Positions 22,654 through 32,500 of a stretch of 64,000 bases of DNA are shown piece by piece. The DNA comes from an uncultured Acidobacteriota bacterium (lineage in GTDB: Bacteria > Acidobacteriota > Terriglobia > Acidiferrales > UBA7541). The notes beneath the pieces were generated by a model. That model searched no databases, was not told the DNA's origin, and saw only the letters and a program-made list of their open reading frames with translations. The translations under genes and the position numbers were made by a program. The first letter of the stretch is position 1; every line of letters starts with the position of its first letter. The stretch is from the NCBI GenBank assembly GCA_963823935.1, contig CAWGNM010000011.1:34724-98723 (forward strand), written 5' to 3'.

Positions 22654-22745
22654 GTCATTCTGAGCGGAGTGGCGCGCGCTTGTTGCCGCATCCCGCTGCG
22701 GGATGCCGCGCCACGCAGTGAAGAATCCCTCTGCGGTTTTTCTTA
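22654..22745 (+). repeat. REP-like intergenic element, copy 2, carrying a nested hairpin
   Basis: GTCATTCTGAGCG...GTGAAGAATCCCTCTGCGG frame. Inside it the outer stem is GTGGCGCG/CGCGCCAC and the inner stem is GCATCCC-GCTGC-GGGATGC. It ends in TTTTTC. Confidence 0.5.
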
Positions 22746-22848
22746 GGGTTTCAACACAGCGCCGCTGCCTTTAGCGCGGCAGCACTCGCGGATCAACCCC
22801 GGGGCATCCTCGATCCACGGTGCACTTCCAGGGCCCGTGCGGCCAGCA

Positions 22849-23376
22849 CTACTTCTCCACCACGCCGCACGCGATCCGGTCCCCGGAATTTCCCGCGGGA
22901 TCGGTCTTGTAATCGTCCGGCCCTGCATGAATCACCAGCGCCGTTCCGCCCGCATGAAAGAGCGAATTCATTCCGTCGCCCAGCGTAACCATGGCCGCGG
23001 TCATGGTCGCTTTGCCCTTGCCGTTTGCGCCCACGTTGAAGTTCGGCAGGTCCCCGGCGTGCGGACCTTCGGGATTATCCTTGCCATGCTTCTTCATCAT
23101 GGGATTGAAATGCCCGCCCGCGGAAGCGAAATTCGGCCCCTGGCACATGCCCACGGTGTGAATATGGATGCCATGCACGCCCGCCGGCAGTCCCGTCACG
23201 CTCACGTTGATGCGCACGCCCTTGGCCGTCTGCGTCAGCGTCGCCGTGCCCACTTTATTCCCCTTGGCGTCGATGAAATTGGCATGCGCTTTGGTCGTCG
23301 CAGTCTGCGCGAATGCCGCGCCACCCATCAGTATTGCGCCCGCTAGTAGCAGTAAACTTCGAAATCGCATCGCCAT
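22849..23376 (-). CDS. sodC: periplasmic Cu/Zn superoxide dismutase
   Basis: Signal peptide MAMRFRSLLLLAGAILMGGAAFA. Metal-site motifs GVHGIHIHTVGMC, GGHFNP, HAGDLPN, ALVIHAGPDDYKTDPAGNSGDRIACGVV. Confidence 0.9.
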   Translation of the reverse strand: MAMRFRSLLLLAGAILMGGAAFAQTATTKAHANFIDAKGNKVGTATLTQTAKGVRINVSVTGLPAGVHGIHIHTVGMCQGPNFASAGGHFNPMMKKHGKDNPEGPHAGDLPNFNVGANGKGKATMTAAMVTLGDGMNSLFHAGGTALVIHAGPDDYKTDPAGNSGDRIACGVVEK

Positions 23377-23574
23377 CCCCCTTTTCGTTCGCCACAGTTA
23401 TACCCGCCCCCACCCGCGAAATGCAATCGCGGCTGATGGCTGCCCTGTTCGGACATTGCCGGCCCCCTTTATTTTAGGATGTGCGCTTGGAATTTGCTTC
23501 CAATCGCCAACGCTGAGGCTCGCTGTCAAGCACGCCTGTGCGATTCACCAGCAGCCAGCGATCTGCCAACTGCT

Positions 23575-23781
23575 TTATGACCAGTTAGTTGATTTAGAGG
23601 ATACGCATTCAGGCGGGTTTACGGGTCTCGCTAGCAATGGATACTCCTTCCCACACTCGCAACGATCGATTCCGCCGCCTCCCCATGCAAGGGGATTTTC
23701 AGCGACTCCCTCAAGCAACCTGCCACAACCAGGGTTCTCGCATTTGAACGAATAGGTGATTCGGTCCATTATTTGTCTCAC
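23575..23781 (-). CDS. small Cys-rich hypothetical protein (zinc-ribbon-like), last gene of a three-ORF cassette
   Basis: 68-aa ORF, or 64 aa from the ATG at 23769. Reads FKCENPGCG...DRCECGKEY. It starts 1 nt after the stop of the upstream ORF. Confidence 0.45.
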   Translation of the reverse strand: MRQIMDRITYSFKCENPGCGRLLEGVAENPLAWGGGGIDRCECGKEYPLLARPVNPPECVSSKSTNWS

Positions 23782-23782
23782 T

Positions 23783-24019
23783 CTAGAACGTCACAACGAA
23801 ATCAACCATGCGGGATTTCTGCGCCGCTTGCTCAGCCTCGATTTTTCTCTGTTCCTTAAGGTCGGGCTCCGGCGGCTTCTGTAAGCGGGCCCATTCAATC
23901 ACTAACTTATGCGCCTGATCGCGTGTGTTCGAATCGGCTGAAGCATCCTCGGCAATTTCTCGGCACCGGACAGCTAACAGCGTTGCGGGGATTTCTTCCA
24001 GTTCTTGCTTAGTAGGCAT
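23783..24019 (-). CDS. small acidic, probably helical, hypothetical protein
   Basis: 78-aa ORF MPTKQELEEIPATLL...KEQRKIEAEQAAQKSRMVDFVVTF with an ATG start. It starts 3 nt after the upstream stop. Confidence 0.45.
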   Translation of the reverse strand: MPTKQELEEIPATLLAVRCREIAEDASADSNTRDQAHKLVIEWARLQKPPEPDLKEQRKIEAEQAAQKSRMVDFVVTF

Positions 24020-24022
24020 CGG

Positions 24023-24264
24023 CTACCATGGGTAAGGAGTTGCTAGGTCAAACGCAGAGAAAATGCCGATATGAGTGATTGTTGCCGTTGAAATCATCGT
24101 TTCGAGATATTCGCCATGTATTTCGGGATAGCTGGCGAGTTCGAGATGCATCCGTTCCTCGCGCGCCGCAATAAACCCTCCGGCCAGTGAAACCATGACG
24201 CACGCTGCCACCGCCTTCCTAGCGGTCGGCGCCTTACTGGCTTTGCCTTTCGGTCGTCACCCAT
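24023..24264 (-). pseudogene. small hypothetical protein with a basic N-terminus and one hydrophobic segment; start region ambiguous
   Basis: The ORF track gives 24023..24211 (AACVMVSLAGGFIAAREERMHLELASYPEIHGEYLETMIS...). A strong AGGAGG-N4-ATG at 24264-24274 lies in a different frame. A 1-nt indel just after that ATG would give M..RPKGKASKAPTARKAVAACVMVSLAGGFIAA... Confidence 0.35.
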
Positions 24265-24392
24265 TCGACCTCCTCGAACGCCTTGCAGATGAATAAATAT
24301 TAACCCTAGGCGACTAAAAAGCGAAACTAATTATTTAACCCAAAAAGCAAAGGCCGGAATTTAACGGCCCCGGCATAGCCACAGCGCGCCGA

Positions 24393-24587
24393 TTATTCCT
24401 TCACAGGCTCAAGTGCTACCGCGGGCACTGCATCGGCATCCATGGTAAGCATCAAGAATTGGCAGTGACCGCAGTGGAATCCCGTGACGCTCACAGAGTT
24501 GTTGAGCACGTCCTCTTCCTGAAATTGAAAAGACAACCCTCTCACCCTGCTCATACGGTCTGACTTGCCGCAACGCATGCATTTCAT
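24393..24587 (-). CDS. small zinc-ribbon protein resembling YgiT/MqsA-N-type zinc fingers
   Basis: MKCMRCGKSDRMSRVRGLSFQFQEEDVLNNSVSVTGFHCGHCQF has a CxxC...CxxC pattern. GGAGG lies 6 nt upstream of the ATG at 24587. A weak hairpin plus T-run follows the stop, at 24341-24375 on the minus strand. Confidence 0.5.
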   Translation of the reverse strand: MKCMRCGKSDRMSRVRGLSFQFQEEDVLNNSVSVTGFHCGHCQFLMLTMDADAVPAVALEPVKE

Positions 24588-24744
24588 CGCCAGCCTCCGT
24601 GCGCCGCATTCTACTCCAAGAAGAAAAAGGCCCGTACGTCGTGGCACTAGCCTTCGCACAGCGCGATCGGCAGCGCCCAGTGGCACAGCTACTCCTGGCT
24701 GTGCAGACACAAAGCGGACGCTGAGCTTTCGCCGGTTAGAAAAG

Positions 24745-24924
24745 TCAAACGGGAGCGAGGGATCTCTCCGTTAGATACTTGCCAGCTTTACTCGTGCGGT
24801 AAAATAGAACATGCTCGAAATTAGCGCAGCGCAATGTTGTCTTCGTGCGGCGGCCACGCTCGTTGCCTCGAATCGCGCCTTTGCCACAATTACCGCTAAG
24901 CGCCATAGAATGACACTCTTGCAT
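24745..24924 (-). CDS. small hypothetical protein (weak call)
   Basis: 59-aa ORF from the ATG at 24924 (MQECHSMALSGNCGKGAIRGNERGRRTKTTLRCANFEHVLFYRTSKAGKYL...), with GGAG 5 nt upstream. I recognise no family. Confidence 0.25.
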   Translation of the reverse strand: MQECHSMALSGNCGKGAIRGNERGRRTKTTLRCANFEHVLFYRTSKAGKYLTERSLAPV

Positions 24925-25392
24925 GAAAGCTCCGAACAACTCCTTTGGAATGATATCCTTGTAAAAAAAGGTGGGGGGAGGGGTGGGGTGGCGCACTTAT
25001 CGTGCCAAACGTCCCAATCTGTAGCGCCGCAGAACTCCAGAGAGGCAGACGTTCCTGTCCGAACCGTTTCCTTTCCGACGTCCTTTGGTAACGAAACGTT
25101 AGTTCGAGTCCCTAAGTGTATGCTTGCATCGTGCTTGAGTTTGCTTGAAGGGCGCGGCGCACCTCGGATTCAGCCGCGCGTCAATCAGTAGCCGCGAACG
25201 TCTCTGCGCGAAAGGAATGGCGATCAGGGCTTCGCGAGTGACAAAGTCATCAGGAGCTTCGCGGCGTTAGTTCATAGCAGCGAACGTCATGGTGATCAGG
25301 ACTTCGCGGCGAGTCATGTCGGCGAAGTAGATCCGCCCCGGGCGCTATCCTGCTCGGTTGTAAATTCACTTGAACAATAGCGGAGAGACGGC

Positions 25393-26570
25393 ATGATCGT
25401 AGGAGTCCCGCGCGAGACTTTTCCTGGGGAACGGCGCGTCGCTATGGTGCCGCTTGTGATTCCCACGCTGGCGAAGAGCGGACTCGAAGTGCACGTCGAG
25501 GCCGGCGCCGGCGTCGATGCCGGCTATCCCGACGCCGAGTACGCCGCCAAAGGAGCGAAGATTGTCGCCGACCGCCGCGAACTCTTCGCCCAAGCCGACA
25601 TTCTCGTTCAGGTGCTCTGCTATGGCTCGAACGACAAGACCGGCCAGGCCGATGTTCCGCTCTTCCATGAGGGCCAGGTGCTCATCGGATTCCTGCGTCC
25701 CCTCGGCGCGCTCGGCCCTTTGCAGGAGATTGCCGCCAAAGGCGTGATTTCGTTTTCCATCGAATTGATGCCGCGCTCCACGCGCGCGCAGAGCATGGAC
25801 GCGCTCTCCTCCATGGGCACCATCTGCGGATACAAAGCCGTCCTGCATCGCCGCCGACACGTTGCCGAAAATCTTCCCCATGCTGACCACCGCCGCCGGC
25901 ACGATCACTCCCGGCCGCGTCTTGGTGATCGGCGCGGGCGTTGCCGGGCTCCAGGCCATCGCCACGGCGCGCCGCCTCGGCGCGGTCACTTCCGCGTATG
26001 ACTTGCGCCCCGCGGCAAAAGAACAGGTGCAAAGCCTGGGCGGCCGTTTCGTCGAGTTGCCCATCGAGGCCAAGGACGCCCAGGACACGCGCGGATACGC
26101 CAAGGCCCAGGACGAATCCTTTTACCAGCGCCAGCGCGAACTGCTGGGCAGAGTCGTGGCCGAAAGCGACGTGGTCATCACCGCCGCGGTCGTTCCCGGG
26201 CAAAAAATCTCCTCTGCTCGTGACTGCCGAGATGGTCAAGGGCATGGCGCCCGGCTCGGTGATCGTCGATTTAGCCGCCGAGCGCGGCGGGAATTGCGAG
26301 CTCACCCGCCCCGGCGAGAAAATTGTGGTGAGCATGGCGTCACCATCATCGGCTGGATCAATCTGGCCAGCACCGTGCCCTATCACGCCAGCCAGATGTA
26401 TGCCCGCAACGTCACCGCTTTCCTTCTGCACCTGATTCAAAAGCGGGAAGCTTAGTCTCGATCTGAACGACGAAATCGTCGCCAGCACGCTGGTCACGCG
26501 TAATGGCGAAATCGTGAATCCGCGCGTGCGCGAGTTTTTTTCGCTGCCGGTTCTGGCGGCGCACTCCTAG
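25393..26570 (+). pseudogene. pntA: NAD(P) transhydrogenase alpha subunit part 1 (PntAA); frame broken about four times
   Basis: Reads MIVGVPRETFPGERRVAMVP...ELMPRSTRAQSMDALSSMGTICGYKAV / [37 protein letters not shown] / [38 protein letters not shown] / [27 protein letters not shown] / SGKLSLDLNDEIVASTLVTRNGEIV. Breaks lie near 25850, 26200 (GG to GGG), 26330 and 26440. Confidence 0.85.
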
Positions 26571-26578
26571 GAGGAGGA

Positions 26579-26876
26579 ATGCCTTCGGACTTCATCTCCA
26601 ATCTTCTTGTATTCATTCTCGCCGGCTTCGTCGGATTTGAAGTGATCAAGCGCGTCTCGCCGCTGCTGCATACGCCGCTGATGTCGCTCACCAACGCGCT
26701 GGACGCCATCGTGGTGGTCGCCGCCATCATCATCGCCGGGCGGCACGAAACCACGCTCTCCACCGTGCTGGGAGTCGATCGCCGTGGCCGCCTCGTTCAG
26801 CAACATGGTGGGCGGATTCCTGATCACCGACCGCATGCTGCGCATGTTCAAATCGGGCAAAACGAAAAAATCATGA
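26579..26876 (+). pseudogene. pntA: NAD(P) transhydrogenase alpha subunit part 2 (PntAB, membrane); one frame break
   Basis: Reads MPSDFISNLLVFILAGFVGFEVIKRVSPLLHTPLMSLTNALDAIVVVAAII, then after removing one g near 26775, VIAVAASFSNMVGGFLITDRMLRMFKSGK. GGAGGAGG lies upstream of the ATG. Confidence 0.85.
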
Positions 26877-28264
26877 CCGCCGCCGACGTTCAGCAGACTC
26901 ATCGATCTCACCTATCTCGTCGCGGCCGTTCTCTTCGTCCTGTCGCTGAAGTGGCTCAGCTCGCCGGTCACCGCGCCGCACGGCGTCCTGGCCGGAGAGA
27001 TTGGAGCCGCCCTGGCCGTCGGCGCCACGCTCTTCAATCCCGAACTGGTCCAGTTCAAGTGGATTATGGTGGCGCTGGTTGTCGGCGCGGGCATCGGCAT
27101 TCCCCTCGGCATGGTGCATATGACCGCTGTGCCGCAGCGGACGGCGCTGAGCCACGCCTTTGGCGCGCTGTCGGCCAGCATGATCGGAATCGCCGAATAT
27201 TACGTGCGCGCCCCGCAGGTCACCAAGTTCGGCATGGTGGAGATCGCCCTCGAGGTGATCATCGGCTCGCTCACCTTTACGGGCAGCGTGATCGCCGCCG
27301 GCAAGCTCCAGGAGATTCTGCCGCAGCGGCCCATCACTTATCGCGGCCAGAACATCGTCAGCCTTTCGGTGCTGGGCGCGGCCCTGGTGCTGGCCTTGGT
27401 TCTGGTGATCCACCCCGAATACATGGTGCTCTTTCCGGTCATGGTCGGCGTCGCGCTTCTCTTCGGCGTGCTGCTGGTCACGCCGATCGGCGGCGCGGAT
27501 ATGCCCACGGTCATCTCGCTGCTGAACTCCTACGCCGGTCTCTCCGCGGCGCTGCTGGGCTTCGTGCTCAATAGCAAGGTGCTGGTGGTGGCCGGCGCGC
27601 TCGACGGTTCCTCCGGCTTCATCCTCTCCGTGATCATGTGCAAAGCCATGAACCGCTCCTTCACCAACGTGATGTTTGGCGCCTTCGGCCAGTTGCAAGT
27701 CTCCGCCAAGGCCGCACGGAAGAGGAAGTCGTCCGCAGCGCCAGCGCGGAAGAGGCCGCCGCGATTTTGTCCGGCGCCACCAAAGTGGTCATCGTTCCGG
27801 GATACGGCATGGCCGTGGCCCAGGCGCAGCACAAGGTCCGCGAGCTTTACGACGCGCTCACCAAGCGCGGCGTCGACGTCAAATTCGGCATCCACCCCGT
27901 CGCCGGCCGAATGCCCGGCCACATGAACGTACTGCTGGCCGAAGCGGACATTCCCTACGACCGCCTGTTCGACATGGACGACATCAATTCGGAGTTGCCG
28001 CTGACCGACGTGGCCCTGGTCATCGGCGCGAACGACGTCACCAATCCCGCCGCGCGCAACGAACCCGGCAGCCCCATTTACGGAATGCCCATCATTGACG
28101 TCGACAAAGCCCGCACCGTTATGGTCATCAAGCGCAGCATGAGCCCGGGATTTGCCGGCATCGATAACCCGCTCTACTACCTCGATAAGACGCTCATGCT
28201 CTTCGGCGATGCCAAAGCCTTTGTGGGAGATATCGTTCGCGAACTGAGCGGCACGCACCACTAG
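26873..28264 (+). pseudogene. pntB: NAD(P) transhydrogenase beta subunit (PntB); frame broken twice
   Basis: The ATG overlaps the pntAB stop (ATGA). Reads LIDLTYLVAAVLFVLSLKWLSSP...MPTVISLLNSYAGLSAALLGF...FILSVIMCKAMNRSFTNVMFGAFG / VVIVPGYGMAVAQAQHKV...FGIHPVAGRMPGHMNVLLAEADIPYD...VIGANDVTNPAAR. Breaks lie near 26885 and 27700. Confidence 0.85.
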
Positions 28265-28472
28265 GCCATGCAGTCTGTATCCGTTTTGGAACAGGCCGGC
28301 CTAGATTGAGACGAATCGCATTCTGAAACTCCCAAACTTTTTCCTAAACCCCTGATTTCTCACGCCGCTCCGCATTCGCGCATGGTAGGCCATGTGCTCT
28401 CACCTCGACAGCATAAAAAAGAGATGGCGAGAATCTGCCTGAAATAAAGCCAGAATCTAGCGAGGATAATCG

Positions 28473-29236
28473 GTGCTCGTATACGACAAAATCCGTCCCG
28501 AGGAGTTAGACCGCCGCGAACTGCAGCTTACGCTGCTCGCCTGCAGCACCATTCTGATCCTGGGCGCGGGTTTGGCGCTGCTGATGTATCCAGTCGTATT
28601 CTCCCGGTCCAACGCGCCCTCGGGTCTGATGTTGAGGAACGCGTTCTACGGATTCTGCACGCTATCGGCGCTGCTGGCCATGTACCTCGTGGATCGCCAG
28701 ATGACGATACTGCGTCTGCGGCGCCAAATCGCCGAGCAGCGCAGGCGAGCCGCGGAATCTAGAATCGAAGCCAGCGCCGAACTCCTGAACGCCATTCCCA
28801 ATCTGACCTCGTTCAAGGATCGCCTGGCCATGGAATACCGCCGGGCGGCCGCCGCGGCGCAGGTTTTGTCCGTGCTGGTGATCACGGTGAAATTGCCGGA
28901 AGATGTGGCCTCCACGCCGGCGGCCATATCTCGCCTCAGCGACGCCGCCAAGGCGATCTCCCGCAGATTGCGAGAGCAAGACTCGGTTTATGTTCTGCGT
29001 CCCTCCTGCTTCGGCACGATCCTGCCCAACGTTACCCGCGCCATCGCCGAGCGCATCTCCGAACGTGTTGCGGAGGGACTATCCGATGCGGCGGGAGCGA
29101 CGAATCGATTTCCTACAAGATCAACGTGGTGAACTGCCCCGCAACGAGCTCGAGCGCGCATGAGCTTCAGGAAGCGGTTCTGAACGTCCTCCCGCATGAG
29201 GATTCGCTGCGGTCGGTCGCGGAAGAGGCCTTTTAG
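28473..29236 (+). pseudogene. membrane protein with a degenerate GGDEF-like domain (RPSCF in place of GGDEF); one frame break
   Basis: Two N-terminal hydrophobic segments and a coiled linker, then FKDRLAMEYRRA...LSVLVITVKL...ISRRLREQDSVYVLRPSCFGTILPN...AIAERISERV. The tail ...SISYKINVVNCPATSSSAHELQEAVLNVL is in another frame, with the break near 29100. Confidence 0.5.
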
Positions 29237-29512
29237 GCCTTGGTTTCTCTACTCACTTGCTGAGGAAAAAGTTTTGCCTATTCTGTAGCGAGCTTCTCAA
29301 TACGGCGAGTTGCCGGCACTCCATTTGTCTGTAAGCCACACACAATAAAACGCTTAGTGAAAATCAGGGTTTGGAAATGCAGCGTGCGTATTCGCCCGTT
29401 TATGAAACTGTGCCCGAGTTGAGAGTCGATTCCAATTTACGGATACCTTTTGTTACCTATGATCGAGCTGGAGATCAACCAGCCGATCGGGTGGCCGGCC
29501 TAGCGGCCTTCC

Positions 29513-32500
29513 ATGATTGAAAACAAAGCCTTTGGCCATTTCGTGGACGGCAATGTCTGCGGGGGTTTCCTGCTTCGCCGCCGGCCGTGCGCGCTTGGCC
29601 TCTTTCTTCTCCTGGTTCTCTCGGTCTGTGGCCTGGATGTGGCTCCTGTGCACGGGCAATCCAGCGGCCAGCCACCTACCATCGTTTCCCAGACGCCTTC
29701 GCCCGGCGCGACTGGGCAGGCATTAAATTCCCGTGTAGCCGCCACATTCAGCGAGGCCATTCAGCCGTCTTCAATCACGTTCGTGTTGGTCGATTCCTCG
29801 AACTCTGCCGTGCCCGCCACGGTAAGTTACGATCCCGCGTCCTACACCGCGACGCTCACGCCCAAGGCATACCTATCAACGTCGCAAACCTATACGGCGA
29901 CCCTAAGTGGCGCAACCGATCCGGCCGGCAACGCCATGACTGGCTCTCTGATCTGGTCGTTTTCCACCGGCTCGATGACCGTGGGCACGCCCACGGTGGA
30001 CGCCAACGGCGTCGAAAGCTATCCCGTAACTTCGGTCTTCCAGGGCCCGCAATCGATGACCGTCCGGGTTCTCGAACCCACCAGCCCGGCCCCCGGACAG
30101 CCGCACCGACTGCTTTACGTGCTCCCGGTGGAGATCGGCGTCACGAGTTTGTCGTCCACTTATAGCGACGGATTGGAGGAGTTGCGCCTGCTGGGTATTC
30201 CCAACCAGTTCAACATGACATTGATTGCGCCCTCGTTCAATTACATGCCCTGGTATGGCGACAACGTCACCAATTCGCAGGAGCGGATGGAGAGCTTCAT
30301 CCTCAACGATCTGATCCCGTTCGGCGACACTTTTGCGAAAGGCACCGAAATCCCGCCGCGCTTGGCCATCGGCTTCAGCAAGTCCGGCAACGGCGTCCTG
30401 TTCCTGATTCTCCGGCACCCTGACGTCTTTAGCGCCGTCGCCGCTTGGGATTCTCCCGCTCAGTTGAACAACTTGAACACCTACGCTCCCGACCTCCAAA
30501 CGAACTTCGGCACCCAAGCGAACTTCAATCTTTACAACATTCCTTCTCTGGTTGCGTCCGGAGGAGCGCCTTTTACCCAGCAGAATCGTTTGTGGGTCAG
30601 CGGAGACCAAGGCTTGTATACCTCGCAGATGGCGCAGTTGGATAGCCAGCTGACCGCAGCTTCCATCCCGCACACTTTTTTGGCCGGCGGCTCCCGGGCG
30701 CATAGTTGGCACAGCGGCTGGTTGCAGGGAGCGGTCACTGCGCTCGATGCCGTATCCATCGTCCGCAGCAACGGCCAGCCATCGGGCGTGCTTGCTCCGG
30801 GAATTACGCAAACCACCATCAGCCTCAATACGGATCAGAAGGCCACCTGCCGTTTTGCGACCACCGCCGGCATCCCCTACGCTTCCATGCCCAACCTTTT
30901 CTCGACCACTGGCGGTACCTCCCATTCAACGGTTGTTACCGGACTGACCAACGGCGCGATATTCAGCTTCTTCGTCCGCTGCGAGGACTCTCTTGGCAAT
31001 TCGAACCCCGAAGATTTCTCCATTGTTTTCTCCGTGGCCAAACCCGGCGATACGACGCCACCGGTGCGCTCCAACGGACAGCCCAGTGGTGTGCTGGCAG
31101 CGGGAACGACGCAGACGAATCTGAGTCTGGCTACGGATGAGAATGCCACCTGCCGGTATGCCACGGTGGCAGGCACTGCGTATGCGTCGATGGTGAATAC
31201 TTTCACGGCGACGGGGGGAACTTCCCACTCGACCGCGCTCAGCGGGCTCGCGAACGCAGGGACCTACAGCTACTACGTGCGGTGCCAGGACGCCTCCGGC
31301 AACGCCAACGCGGACGACTTTGCGATCACCTTCTCTACGGTGGTCTCCGACCCGGCGTCCAGCAGCTTTGCTGGCGTAGAAAGTCCTCTCTCCGAGGGAG
31401 GCATGTGGAACAAGCCCGGGGCTTGGGCCAGCATGGCCAAGAACAACGGGGCCTATGGAACCGGGGCGAACATGGCTGGTCTGGCCTCGCCGATGGTGAG
31501 TTCCGATCAGTTTTCGGAAATCACCTTCGATCAAAATCTGGGCTCGACGAGTTGGGTAGGAGTGACCACGCGGGTTCAAGGAGCCGGCAACGGCAGTTGC
31601 TATCTGGCCATCGCCTATAACGGAGGGGTATGGCTGTATCGCACGGATGACACCGGAACACTGAGTTGGACGCAGTTGGCCGGGGCGAATGTGGACATCA
31701 CGGCGGCGCCGAGGGACCTGCGGCTGGAATCGCAGATAGCGAACCACCGGGTGTATTTCAACGGAGTGGAACTGATCAACTACACGGAGAGCGCGCGGTC
31801 TACACCACGGGGCAGCCCGGGGTAGCGGCATACCAAAACGCATCGACGGCTAAGATTCTGACGTTCACGGGCGGCTCGTTGAGCGGCTCCGGCTCGGGCT
31901 CGGCCCCGCGCACCATGCCCCCGGTACGGTCTAACGGACAGCCCAGTGGCGTGCTGGCAGGGGGAACGACGCAGACGAATCTGAGTCTGGCTACGGATGA
32001 GAATGCCACCTGCCGGTATGCCACGGTGGCAGGCACGGCGTACGCGTCGATGACGAACACCTTCAGCAGCGACGGGTGGAACGGCCCACTCGACTGCGGT
32101 CAGCGGCCTGGTGAGCGGAGGAACCTACAGCTACTACGTGCGGTGCCAGGACAGCCTGGGCAACACCAATCCCGACGATTTTGCGATCACCTTCACGGTC
32201 GGGCTGATCGGGTCCGACCCGGCATCGAGCAGCTTTGTGGGCGTGGAGAGTCCTCTCTCCGAGGGAGGCATGTGGAACAAGCCCGGGGCTTGGGCCAGCA
32301 TGGCCAAGAACAACGGGGCCTACGGAACGGCGGCAAACATGGCTGGCCTGGCCACGCCGATGGTAAGCGCCGATCAGTTTTCGGAAATCACCTTCGATCA
32401 AAATCTGGGCTCGGCGAGTTGGGTGGGAGTGACCACGCGGGTTCAAGGAGCCAACAACGGCAGTTGCTATCTGGCCATCGCCTATAACGGCGGGGTATGG

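Noticed and set aside
22475-22663. 62-aa ORF downstream of the sugar porter
   Set aside because: It is a read-through translation of the REP-like element (VIPRPEGRGICS), a known source of spurious hypothetical proteins.
24811-25191. 126-aa plus-strand ORF in the small-ORF islet
   Set aside because: It runs through the G-tract (KKGGGRGGV), lacks a ribosome-binding site, and overlaps the slightly better supported minus-strand ORF. Neither is strong.
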